A stretch of DNA of 29,347 nucleotides from a virus (taxonomy: Duplodnaviria > Caudoviricetes), in IMG/VR virus record IMGVR_UViG_3300047279_000010, positions 1 through 29,347 of that record. One strand, written 5' to 3'. A model generated the notes under the pieces. That model was not told where the DNA came from and did not search any database. It saw only the letters and a list, made by a program, of their open reading frames with translations. Position numbers and translations under genes: made by a program. Below, one piece after another: positions 1 through 8,473 of this stretch. Position 1 is the first letter of the stretch. Every line of letters starts with the position of its first letter.

Positions 1-2
1 AC

Positions 3-353
3 CCCAATGAGCCAAGCATGGATTACTGGCGTGACATTTCAAAGGCTTGGAGAATCTCTCCTGCACAGGCTAAAAAGTCTCGTTGCGGTAACTGCGCTGC
101 TTTTATCCAAACCCCTAAGATGCTTGCTTGCATTGAATCTGGTCTTGAGATGAACGGCACAGAGATGGATGCTTGGGAAGTCATTGACGCTGGCGACTTA
201 GGCTATTGCGAAGTGTTTGATTTTAAGTGTGCTTCCAAGAGAACTTGTGAGGCATGGATTAGTGGTGGGCCAATAACCGAGGAAGAATATGATGGGAACG
301 ACAAATCAGCAAGCGATGGAAATGATGCAGAAACTTATGCAGAAGAAGACTAA
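3..353 (+). CDS. Cys-rich hypothetical protein with HiPIP-like Cys spacing, probably 5'-truncated
   Basis: Frame is open upstream of ATG 18 (PNEPS-M). Contains RCGNCAAF and GYCEVFDFKCASKRTCEAW, and an acidic C-terminus. Confidence 0.7.
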   Translation, partial: PNEPSMDYWRDISKAWRISPAQAKKSRCGNCAAFIQTPKMLACIESGLEMNGTEMDAWEVIDAGDLGYCEVFDFKCASKRTCEAWISGGPITEEEYDGNDKSASDGNDAETYAEED

Positions 354-414
354 GCCCATGCCTGTCAGGGGTGAGCGTACTGCAAAGAACAAAGCAAAGA
401 AGCCAAAAAAATGA
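289..414 (+). CDS. Small basic protein (41 aa), not in ORF track
   Basis: MMGTTNQQAMEMMQKLMQKKTKPMPVRGERTAKNKAKKPKK. GAGG lies upstream and the stop overlaps the next start (ATGA at 411). Confidence 0.6.
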   Translation: MMGTTNQQAMEMMQKLMQKKTKPMPVRGERTAKNKAKKPKK

Positions 415-569
415 TGGGCTTGTACGCAAATATCGCTGCAAAGAAGAAGCGTATAGAGGCGCAGAAAGCAGCAGGGAAGACCCCAGAGCGTATGCGTAAG
501 GTAGGTAGCAAGGGTGCGCCTACTGCTGATGCTTTTAAACAAGCAGCTAAGACTGCTAAAAAGAAGTGA
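411..569 (+). CDS. Small basic protein (52 aa), not in ORF track
   Basis: MMGLYANIAAKKKRIEAQKAAGKTPERMRKVGSKGAPTADAFKQAAKTAKKK. ATGA and GTGA coupling on both sides. Confidence 0.8.
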   Translation: MMGLYANIAAKKKRIEAQKAAGKTPERMRKVGSKGAPTADAFKQAAKTAKKK

Positions 570-817
570 TTAAGCGTGGGTCAGAGCAGTTTTCTGGCTA
601 TAACAAGCCCAAAGCTACTCCTAGCCATCCCACTAAGTCTCATGCTGTTTTAGCGAAGTCTGGTGAGGATGTAAAACTTATTCGCTTTGGTCAACAAGGG
701 GCTAAAGGCTCACCTGATGGCACGAAGCGTAACGAAGCGTTCAAGGCTCGTCACGCAGAGAATATTGCCAAGGGTAAGATGAGTGCAGCGTATTGGGCTA
801 ACAAGGTTAAATGGTGA
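566..817 (+). CDS. Small basic hypothetical phage protein
   Basis: GTG start coupled to the previous stop. IRFGQQG, FKARH and SAAYWA motifs. Confidence 0.8.
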   Translation: MIKRGSEQFSGYNKPKATPSHPTKSHAVLAKSGEDVKLIRFGQQGAKGSPDGTKRNEAFKARHAENIAKGKMSAAYWANKVKW

Positions 818-822
818 CTAAC

Positions 823-990
823 ATGAAAATGACAAAAGCTGGTCAGAAAAAAGTTGGCAAAGTAATGGGTGAGTACAAAGAAGGTACTCTACACTCAGGT
901 AAAGGCGGTAAAGTGGTTTCCAACCCTAAGCAAGCAGTTGCCATTGCTCTTAGTTCTGCTAAAAAAGTAATGAAGAAAAAAGGCAAGTGA
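823..990 (+). CDS. Small basic protein, DUF6496-like (55 aa), not in ORF track
   Basis: MKMTKAGQKKVGKVMGEYKEGTLHSGKGGKVVSNPKQAVAIALSSAKKVMKKKGK. The KVMxExKxGxLHSG...KQAxAIALS pattern was recognised from memory. Confidence 0.8.
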   Translation: MKMTKAGQKKVGKVMGEYKEGTLHSGKGGKVVSNPKQAVAIALSSAKKVMKKKGK

Positions 991-1048
991 TATACTAACT
1001 CTACTCGTTGTGAGTAGATACTAACTTGACCAACCCTAGAGGAGTCAA
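988..1048 (+). promoter_or_regulatory. Putative extended -10 promoter and hairpins upstream of terS
   Basis: TGA-TATACT 988-996; hairpin CTACTC/GAGTAG 1001-1017; TTGAC...GTCAA 1026-1048 enclosing the GGAG RBS. Confidence 0.45.
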
Positions 1049-1053
1049 ACAAA

Positions 1054-1320
1054 ATGATTGAAAAACAATCAAACATTTCATATCGTGGTGGCGCACGAGA
1101 AGGCGCAGGAAGACCGAAGGGAAGTCTTGATAAGGGCAATGCTGTTCTTAGAGAGATGATACTGGAGGCACTAGAGGGCGCAGGTGGCGTTGCTTATCTC
1201 GTAGAGAAGGCAGAGACACACCCACAGGCTTTCATGGGACTAATCGGTAGGGTCTTACCACTCCAAGTAACTGGAGAAGAAGGTAAAGACATTCAGATAA
1301 GCGTCCAATGGCAGAAGTAA
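1054..1320 (+). CDS. terS: Terminase small subunit (putative)
   Basis: GGAREGAGRPKG motif, position directly upstream of and overlapping terL, GGAG RBS. Confidence 0.75.
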   Translation: MIEKQSNISYRGGAREGAGRPKGSLDKGNAVLREMILEALEGAGGVAYLVEKAETHPQAFMGLIGRVLPLQVTGEEGKDIQISVQWQK

Positions 1321-2570
1321 TCGAGATAGCTTACAAACCCAGAGAACAACAACTTGCTATCCATAAACTGATGGACAGTAAGCGTTTTGGCGTTGTTGTT
1401 GCTCATAGGCGCATGGGTAAAACAGTCTCTGCGATTAACCACTTAATCAAGGATGCTTTGCTTAACCAAAAGGAAGCCCCTAGATACGCCTACATAGCCC
1501 CTACATACGGACAAGCTAAGAGGGTGGCATGGGACTACCTTGTGAAGTATGCAGAGCCTCTGGGTGGCACTAGCAATATCTCAGAACTGAGGGTGGACTT
1601 CTGGGGTAGGCGAATCCAGTTGTTTGGCTCAGACAATCCAGAAACTTTACGAGGTCAATATTTCGATGGGGTAATCCTAGACGAGATTGGTGACCAGAAC
1701 CCTAAGATATGGACAGATATTGTTAGACCTGCACTAGCTGACAGGAAGGGATGGTGTCTCTTTATTGGTACGCCTAAAGGACACAACCACTTCAAGGAAC
1801 TGCGAGACAGGGCTGAGAAAGAGGATGGATGGGGATTGCTAGAGTTCAAAGCCTCAGAGACAGGGGTAGTGGATGAAACAGAACTAAAGGCTGCTAAGAA
1901 TGAGATGGGCGAGGATAAATACCGCCAAGAGTTTGAGTGTAGCTTTGACGCTGCTGTAGAAGGTTCTTACTATGGGCAAATGCTGAACGAATTAGAAGAA
2001 AAAAAGCATATGCAAGAGATTCCCAGAGAGGAACTAAGCAGAACTTTTACTGCTTGGGACTTGGGTATGGGTGACTCTACGTCTATCTGGGTGGCTCAAC
2101 TGGTAGGTACTGAGGTCAGATTACTGGACTACTATGAGAATCATGGGGTAGGACTAGACCACTATGTGAAGTGGATTAAAGATAACGATTACGCCAAAGC
2201 AGAGCATATTCTGCCCCATGACGTAAGGGTCAGAGAGTTAGGCACAGGTAAGAGCCGACTAGAGATGCTTGAAGACTCAGGGTTAGAAGTCAAGATTGCA
2301 CCAAGGATGGGGCTAGACGATGGAATCCAAGCTGTAAGAAGGTTGCTTCCTAGATGCTGGTTTAATGTACCCAAAGTGCAGAATGGCTTAAACTGCCTGA
2401 GAAACTACCGCAGAGACTACGATGAGAAGCGTAAGATATTCTATGAAAGACCACTACACGATTGGTCTAGTCATGGCTCTGATTCTTTCCGTTACTTAGC
2501 CCTTGGATTGGATGAAGGACATTCAACATGGTCTAAGCCTATTAACCAAACTCCGAAGTGGATTGTCTAA
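1308..2570 (+). CDS. terL: Terminase large subunit
   Basis: Walker A HRRMGKT, Walker B VILDE, GTPKG coupling motif, RuvC-like WDLG and HGSDSFRY. Confidence 0.97.
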   Translation: MAEVIEIAYKPREQQLAIHKLMDSKRFGVVVAHRRMGKTVSAINHLIKDALLNQKEAPRYAYIAPTYGQAKRVAWDYLVKYAEPLGGTSNISELRVDFWGRRIQLFGSDNPETLRGQYFDGVILDEIGDQNPKIWTDIVRPALADRKGWCLFIGTPKGHNHFKELRDRAEKEDGWGLLEFKASETGVVDETELKAAKNEMGEDKYRQEFECSFDAAVEGSYYGQMLNELEEKKHMQEIPREELSRTFTAWDLGMGDSTSIWVAQLVGTEVRLLDYYENHGVGLDHYVKWIKDNDYAKAEHILPHDVRVRELGTGKSRLEMLEDSGLEVKIAPRMGLDDGIQAVRRLLPRCWFNVPKVQNGLNCLRNYRRDYDEKRKIFYERPLHDWSSHGSDSFRYLALGLDEGHSTWSKPINQTPKWIV

Positions 2571-2749
2571 TGTATGTATCAATGCAGGGTGTAAATTTAG
2601 CACCTAAAGTAAAAGAACTTGAAAAGCGTATCGAAATGCTTGAAAATATGGTAAAAGAGTTACAATTGGATAAACCCCGAATGGGACGCCCTCCAAAGGA
2701 CAAGCATGGCACAGAACGAGTTAATGTCGATAATCCAAGCAGAGATTGA
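2570..2749 (+). CDS. Small coiled-coil protein with AT-hook-like RMGRPPK
   Basis: Start reassigned to the TAATG overlap at 2570. Heptad KELEKRIEMLENMVKEL. Confidence 0.6.
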   Translation: MYVSMQGVNLAPKVKELEKRIEMLENMVKELQLDKPRMGRPPKDKHGTERVNVDNPSRD

Positions 2750-4838
2750 CGATGCAATTGGATTTATTGAAAGCGAAACTGTTGAACAACGCAAACAGGC
2801 TCTGGAGGCTTATCTACGACAGCCATATGGTAATGAGGTTGAGGGTAAGTCTCAAATCGTTACTGGAGAAGTGGCAGAAGCGATAGATGGTGCGCTACCT
2901 AGCTTAGTTCGTATCTTTACAGGCTCAGACAATATCGTAGTCTTTGAGCCACAAGGCCCAAAAGATGAAGCCTCTGCCAAGCAAGCTACTGATTACTGCA
3001 ATTGGGTATTCAACAGGGATAACGCTGGTGTAGCTATTCTGCATGATTGGTTCAAAGATGCCTTGATGCAGAAGAACGGCATTGTTAAGGCGTATTGGGA
3101 AGATAAAGAAGACGTTACCAAAGAGCGTTACTTTGACTTGTCTAACGATGAGTTAGCAATGCTGATGAGTGATGAGACTATGGAGATTGTCGAGCAAGAT
3201 ACGACAGAGTTTCCAATTATTGACCCAATGGGTCAGCCAGTTATAGACCCTATGGGTATGCCTGTGATGAGTGCTACACACAATGTTGTGGTGCAACAAA
3301 AGAAGAAATCAGGCAAGGTAACGATTGAGAACGTACCCCCAGAAGAATTCCTGATTAGCAAAAAGGCTCGTACTATTGCTGATAGCCCATTCGTAGCCCA
3401 CAGACAGATGTTGACTCGTAGCACCTTGGTAGCTATGGGCTTTAACAAGAAGCAGATTGAAGGCTTACAGATGGGTGATGCTTTGGCGTACACACCAGAG
3501 CGAGTGGCTCGTTACTCTGCTGGTGAACAACCTTACCAAGTTCAGACAGATGACCCCTCAATGCAAGAGATTGAAGTCTTTGAGTGTTATGTCAAAACTG
3601 ATATAGATGGCAAAGGCATTGCTTCATTGGTTCAAGTGTTCTACGCTTCAAACGAAATTCTTGAAGACGAAAAAGGTAAGGAAATGGTTGAGGAAGTGGA
3701 CTATGTTCCTTTCCACTCAATCTGTCCTATCCCAATTCCGCACAAGTTCTTTGGTAACTCGTTAGCTGACAGAACAGTTGACCTACAGTTAATCAAGACC
3801 ACTATCACTCGTCAGATGTTGGATAACTTATATCTGACAAACAATGCTCGTGTGGTTGCAGTTGAGGGTCAAGTAAACCTTGATGACTTGCTGACTTCTA
3901 CGGCTGGTGGTGTTATTCGTGCCAAGTCACAAGGTGCTGTTCAACAGTTAGTTGTTCAGAACGTGGCTAATCAGGCTTTCCCAATGCTTCAGTATCTGGA
4001 CACAGTACAGTCTAAGCGTACTGGTGTATCTGATGCTTCACAGGGCTTAGACCCTGCTATCTTGCAAAATGTCACGGCAGCAGCAGTAGCTTCTATGCAA
4101 CAAGCTGGCGCAGGTAAGATTGAACTGATGGCTCGAATCTTTGCTGAGACAGGCGTTAAGTCTTTGTTCCAAGGCATACTACATTTGTTATGTAAGTATC
4201 AGGACAAGGCTCGTATGGTTCGTATGCGTGGTGAGTTCGTAGAGTTTGACCCTAGAACATGGGCTAACCAATACGATGTGTCTATTAACGTTGGTCTTGG
4301 TGCAGGGAATCGACAAGAGCAGATGGCTATGTTGTCGATGGTTCTTGCTAAACAAGAGCAATTGATTGGTCAGTACGGCCCTGCTAATCCTTACGTTTCA
4401 CCTGCTCAGTATCGTGGAACATTGGGACGCATGGTAGAGATTGCAGGGTTTAAAGACTCTGCTGAGTTCTACAAGGCAATTACGCCAGAGCAAGACCAAG
4501 CGTTGAGCAATCCGCCTCCACAGCAACAGCAGATGCCCCCAGAAGTACAGGCTTTGATGGCTAGGACTCAAGCTGAGATACAAGCCAACCAAGCTAAAGC
4601 ACAAGCTGACTTGCAGATGCAACAACAACAGATGCAGATTGATATGCAGATGGCACAACAAAAGGCTGCTCTTGAAATGCAATTGATGCGTGAAAAAGAG
4701 ATGGCTAAGTTGCAATTAGAGCGTGAGAAACAACAGGCTTACTTTGCTTTGAAGCAACAAGAGTTTGAAGCAGAAGCACAATTGAAAGCAATGAAAATTG
4801 GTGCTGGCATTACATCTAACGTAGAAATCAGAGGTTAA
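2706..4838 (+). CDS. Portal protein (P22-like size) with Gln-rich C-terminal coiled coil
   Basis: 710 aa, follows terL, has FKDALMQKNGIVK and PIPHKFFG motifs and a long helical C-terminus like a portal barrel. Confidence 0.92.
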   Translation: MAQNELMSIIQAEIDDAIGFIESETVEQRKQALEAYLRQPYGNEVEGKSQIVTGEVAEAIDGALPSLVRIFTGSDNIVVFEPQGPKDEASAKQATDYCNWVFNRDNAGVAILHDWFKDALMQKNGIVKAYWEDKEDVTKERYFDLSNDELAMLMSDETMEIVEQDTTEFPIIDPMGQPVIDPMGMPVMSATHNVVVQQKKKSGKVTIENVPPEEFLISKKARTIADSPFVAHRQMLTRSTLVAMGFNKKQIEGLQMGDALAYTPERVARYSAGEQPYQVQTDDPSMQEIEVFECYVKTDIDGKGIASLVQVFYASNEILEDEKGKEMVEEVDYVPFHSICPIPIPHKFFGNSLADRTVDLQLIKTTITRQMLDNLYLTNNARVVAVEGQVNLDDLLTSTAGGVIRAKSQGAVQQLVVQNVANQAFPMLQYLDTVQSKRTGVSDASQGLDPAILQNVTAAAVASMQQAGAGKIELMARIFAETGVKSLFQGILHLLCKYQDKARMVRMRGEFVEFDPRTWANQYDVSINVGLGAGNRQEQMAMLSMVLAKQEQLIGQYGPANPYVSPAQYRGTLGRMVEIAGFKDSAEFYKAITPEQDQALSNPPPQQQQMPPEVQALMARTQAEIQANQAKAQADLQMQQQQMQIDMQMAQQKAALEMQLMREKEMAKLQLEREKQQAYFALKQQEFEAEAQLKAMKIGAGITSNVEIRG

Positions 4839-4840
4839 TT

Positions 4841-6136
4841 ATGGCATCTGTTGGATTGACTTATGCGCTGAATAACGGCAGCACTAAGGAACAATATTAC
4901 AAACAAATCTTTGATGCGTTTGCAAATGCTCAGTCTGAAGGTTTGAGCGATGCCCAGATTGAAATTGGCATGAATCAATATGGAATTAGTGCCGATGACC
5001 TTGCACAAGCCACTGGAGTAACGCCAGAGAGTGTGCAGACCAGAATGGATGTTGCAACTCCTACAACGGCAGAAGATTTGGCTTATGAAAGAGCCGCACA
5101 AGAAGAATTGGCAACACGACAAGCACAAGAGGATTCCCGTCTTGCTTCATTGACTGCACCAGTAGAAACGCCAGTAACTGCGCCAGTAACAGTGCCAACA
5201 GGCTTATTAGAAACACCAATAACTACGCCAGTGGCAACTCCAATGGTTGCACCAGTAACTGCACCAGTTAGTTTATTGGAAACTCAATTAACTGCGCCAG
5301 TAGTAACAGCACCAGTAACAACAGGGTCAAATATGGCAACTTCATTAGCTCTTAATTACGCTCTAAATAATGGGATGACTCAAGCCCAATTTGACAAAAA
5401 CATTTTTGATGCAGTGGTTGCCGCACAGAAAAACAATACAAGCCCTGCACTTTTGCGCATAGAAATGGACAGGCTTGGTATTACGTCAGAAGATGTGGCT
5501 CGTGCCACTGGCGTGACAACTCAGAGTGTGCAAGATATATACAATACGGCAGTCCCAACAACTCAAGCCGAATTAACTGCTAAAGCTGCGGCTGATGCAG
5601 ACCTTTTGGCACGACAACGACAAGATGCTGCAAGACTTGCTACAGTAGTCACTCCCCCTGCTGTGGTAACTCCTCCTGTTGTGACACCTCCAGTAGTAGT
5701 TCCTCCAACAGTAATGCCAGCTACATTTGACCCTGCAAAGATTGCTCAACCAAATATAACGGCTGGTCAGATGCGTGAGTTGTTTCCTTCCTTTGCGGAA
5801 TCTAAGCGTTTAGCAGGTGAGATGGTTGCTAATCGTCCGTCAACTTCTAGCATCATTAACATGATTCAAGGTGGTTCGCTTAATCCAACTACCAGACCAA
5901 CAGCAACTGTAACTGCGCCTACTGAATTGATGGATGCTTGGAGTGCTGCTGAAAAATCTGGTAATTATGGTGATGTGGCAAATATGCTTAAAGGTTTGAA
6001 TGTTAATGATTTGCGTAACTATGGCGCATCTGCTGCTGATATTGCTTACATTACATCTCGCCCACAAATAGCAGGTATGTTCCCGACAACTGCAACACCT
6101 TCACTAAATAATGTGTTGAGCATGATTTCTAAGTGA
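4841..6136 (+). CDS. Hypothetical protein with a tandem duplicated ~105-aa domain and Pro/Thr/Val linkers
   Basis: Two copies of YALNNG...GIxxxDxAxATGVTxxSVQ...RLA separated by TAPV and VVTPP repeats. GAGG RBS. Confidence 0.85.
   Translation: MASVGLTYALNNGSTKEQYYKQIFDAFANAQSEGLSDAQIEIGMNQYGISADDLAQATGVTPESVQTRMDVATPTTAEDLAYERAAQEELATRQAQEDSRLASLTAPVETPVTAPVTVPTGLLETPITTPVATPMVAPVTAPVSLLETQLTAPVVTAPVTTGSNMATSLALNYALNNGMTQAQFDKNIFDAVVAAQKNNTSPALLRIEMDRLGITSEDVARATGVTTQSVQDIYNTAVPTTQAELTAKAAADADLLARQRQDAARLATVVTPPAVVTPPVVTPPVVVPPTVMPATFDPAKIAQPNITAGQMRELFPSFAESKRLAGEMVANRPSTSSIINMIQGGSLNPTTRPTATVTAPTELMDAWSAAEKSGNYGDVANMLKGLNVNDLRNYGASAADIAYITSRPQIAGMFPTTATPSLNNVLSMISK
5152..5322 (+). repeat. 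Imperfect 12-bp coding tandem repeat (TAPV)
   Basis: Recurring CCAGTAAC / GCRCCAGT units. Confidence 0.75.
5644..5712 (+). repeat. Imperfect 15-bp coding tandem repeat (VVTPP)
   Basis: VVTPPAVVTPPVVTPPVVVPPT. Confidence 0.7.
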
Positions 6137-6143
6137 GAACAAA

Positions 6144-7241
6144 ATGAACTATCAAGAACTGGTTAGTTTAGTTGGTGGAAACAATCCTCAGAGTGCTAGT
6201 TATGAGGACATTGTTTCTGGCATCCAAAGCCAGTATCGTCCACAGACAGAGTTTTTACCTACTCGTTCATTGTTAGATTCAATGGGTACATTAGTACCTG
6301 ACCAACCTAGAATTGCTTATGGCTCATTGCTACAGGCACTACCTAAAACATTGCCTCCATCTATTAACTTAGGTGCATCTAGCATTAAAAACCCTAATGC
6401 GGCTGCTAGTGTAGATTCTGGCGTAATCAATCTAGGAAACTTAGATACAGGCAAGATTACTGGTAACACAGCTATTGATAACACTTTGGTTTATAACAAT
6501 GACTTTACCAAAGATGTTTATGGAACTACAGGTGTAAATGCTAATGTTGACAGAGGTTTGTTTGGAACTAAAGTAACTGGTACTGACATAGCCAATGTTG
6601 CAGGGACAGTAGCACCGATAGCTGCTTTAGCGGGTAACTCAGACCTAGTTAAAACAGCTATTGCACTAAACCTTATTGGTTCTGCTGCTGATATTCGTAC
6701 AGAAGCAGATGTTCTTAACTTGGGTACAAAAGTGGCAATGTTGGCAGCAGGGCCAGCAGGGAACATCATAGCCGCAGGGCTTGGTTTAGCTACTGATAAC
6801 ACCCCAATGACAGTTAATTCTTTGCTAAATTTGACTAACCCAACACTAGGGCTTGTCAACAGTATTTCTGGCAATCTAACTGGTTACAGTTTAGGTGACA
6901 TTGTTAATGGTTTGATAAACGCACCAGAAGGCTCTGTTTCTGAATATGGTTTATTGGGTGCTGCTAATCTAGCTGGAACTGCTGACGCAAGCAGAAGAAG
7001 GGCGGGGGCTGCCTATGACAGCATGGATGCAAATACTTTAAGGGTGCTTGCTGAACTTGGTGACCAAGAAGCTATTGCCACAATGAACTCTATGTCTAGT
7101 GGTGGAACTTCTACCTTTAATCCAATAAATGACTTGGGTACTGCTAGAGGTAACAGTTACTTTAACTTGTTTACTCCAGTTGGCGGTGGTGGAAAACCAA
7201 ACGTAGATTACTTTACAACTAGGGGCATCCTTGCAGAATAA
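6144..7241 (+). CDS. Hypothetical Gly/Ala/Leu/Asn-rich protein, possibly virion-internal
   Basis: 365-aa ORF in the operon. Amphipathic Gly-zipper-like segments. Confidence 0.8.
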   Translation: MNYQELVSLVGGNNPQSASYEDIVSGIQSQYRPQTEFLPTRSLLDSMGTLVPDQPRIAYGSLLQALPKTLPPSINLGASSIKNPNAAASVDSGVINLGNLDTGKITGNTAIDNTLVYNNDFTKDVYGTTGVNANVDRGLFGTKVTGTDIANVAGTVAPIAALAGNSDLVKTAIALNLIGSAADIRTEADVLNLGTKVAMLAAGPAGNIIAAGLGLATDNTPMTVNSLLNLTNPTLGLVNSISGNLTGYSLGDIVNGLINAPEGSVSEYGLLGAANLAGTADASRRRAGAAYDSMDANTLRVLAELGDQEAIATMNSMSSGGTSTFNPINDLGTARGNSYFNLFTPVGGGGKPNVDYFTTRGILAE

Positions 7242-7479
7242 CGACAAAGCAGTTTTGGCTCAATGGGCTAAAAACTTATTAAATGATGACTTTTTCAAAG
7301 AAGTCATAGATAACTTGAAAAAAGAACAGATTAGTGTGATAATTAACACAAGTGCAGAAGAATGTGATAGGCGTGAAGATGCATATCGGCACATTAAGAC
7401 TATTGAACTAATTACAGGACACCTAGAAGGTTTAGCCTCGGAAACTGTAATTAAAGAGAAGAAGTGGAAGATTCTGTAG
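7231..7479 (+). CDS. Small helical protein preceding the scaffold gene
   Basis: AKNLLNDDFF...REDAY. Typical position between portal and scaffold. TTG start is uncertain. Confidence 0.75.
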   Translation: MQNNDKAVLAQWAKNLLNDDFFKEVIDNLKKEQISVIINTSAEECDRREDAYRHIKTIELITGHLEGLASETVIKEKKWKIL

Positions 7480-7515
7480 GGTTTACCCTACCCTCCGTCC
7501 AGAAGGTTTCTGGCG
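7476..7515 (+). promoter_or_regulatory. Two adjacent hairpins in the scaffold-gene leader
   Basis: GTAGGG-TTTA-CCCTAC 7476-7491 and CCAGAA-GGT-TTCTGG 7499-7513. Confidence 0.55.
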
Positions 7516-7531
7516 ATTATTGAGATGACAA

Positions 7532-8455
7532 ATGGAAAACACCAACCCAACAGGGAGTGAAAGCCTAGATGTAAACCAAGCCGCTTCAGCGTTTGAGGGC
7601 ATGATGGGTGATTCTGAGGAAGCTGACAACAGCCAAGCCGAAGGTCAACCAGAAGACCAACAAGAGACTGATGAAGTTGAGTATTCTGAAGAAGAAGAAC
7701 AGCCCAAGCCTAGATATAAAGTCAAGGCATCTGGTGAGGAAGTCGAAGTAGAACTAGACGAACTTATCAAGGGTTATCAACAAGGTACGGACTACACTAA
7801 AAAGTCTCAGGCTCTAGCTGAACAACGTAAGGCGATTGAAGCTGAACGTAGTCATTTAGAGTATGTAAAACAAGAGCGACAGGCATACGCCCAGAAGTTG
7901 CAAGCGTTGGATAGCTTCCTTACGCAGCAAAATCAGGGTGTGGACTTAGAAGTTTTAAAGGAAACAGACCCTATCGGTTATGCGGTAGCGGTAGCTGAAC
8001 AGAGTCAGCGTGAAAAGCAGTTAGCAGTAGTCAGGAATGAACAGCAACGAATTGCCCAACAGCAACAATCCGAGCAACAAGCCTCTCTGCAAAACCATCT
8101 CCGTCAAGAATCTGAGAAGCTAGTTAGTCTGATTCCTGAGTTAGCGACACCACAGGGTGATGCGGTTCGGAAACAAATCCGTGACTATGCGAAGTCTGTA
8201 GGCTGGTCTGACCAAGAACTCAGTTCCGTGTATGACAGTCGTGCTGTGCATACCTTGTATAAGGCAATGAAGTATGAGCAACTTCAAAAGAGCAAACCAG
8301 AGTTGAATAAAAAACTCCAGTCTGCCCCTAAGATGATGCGTTCTGGTACTTCAGTTCCTCAAGCTAGGTCTTCACAAGATAAACAGGTTATGCAGAGGTT
8401 GCGTGAAACTGGAAAAGTTACTGACGCTGCCAAAGCATTTGAACGATTCTTTTAA
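7532..8455 (+). CDS. Capsid scaffolding protein
   Basis: Acidic N-terminus, VELDELIKGYQ..DYTKK motif, coiled coil, C-terminal TGKVTDAA helix, directly upstream of the MCP. Confidence 0.85.
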   Translation: MENTNPTGSESLDVNQAASAFEGMMGDSEEADNSQAEGQPEDQQETDEVEYSEEEEQPKPRYKVKASGEEVEVELDELIKGYQQGTDYTKKSQALAEQRKAIEAERSHLEYVKQERQAYAQKLQALDSFLTQQNQGVDLEVLKETDPIGYAVAVAEQSQREKQLAVVRNEQQRIAQQQQSEQQASLQNHLRQESEKLVSLIPELATPQGDAVRKQIRDYAKSVGWSDQELSSVYDSRAVHTLYKAMKYEQLQKSKPELNKKLQSAPKMMRSGTSVPQARSSQDKQVMQRLRETGKVTDAAKAFERFF

Positions 8456-8473
8456 ATTTTGGAGTATTAAATT

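Noticed and set aside
843-1139. Minus-strand 98-aa ORF, and the other short antisense ORFs across the structural genes
   Set aside because: They overlap better-supported, coupled + strand genes.
4510-4790. Gln/Met-rich low-complexity portal tail as a novelty
   Set aside because: Consistent with the coiled-coil barrel known from P22-like portals.
4818-7208. AACGTAGA near the ends of both the portal and the 365-aa gene as an insertion scar
   Set aside because: An 8-nt match at non-equivalent distances from the stops, compatible with chance.
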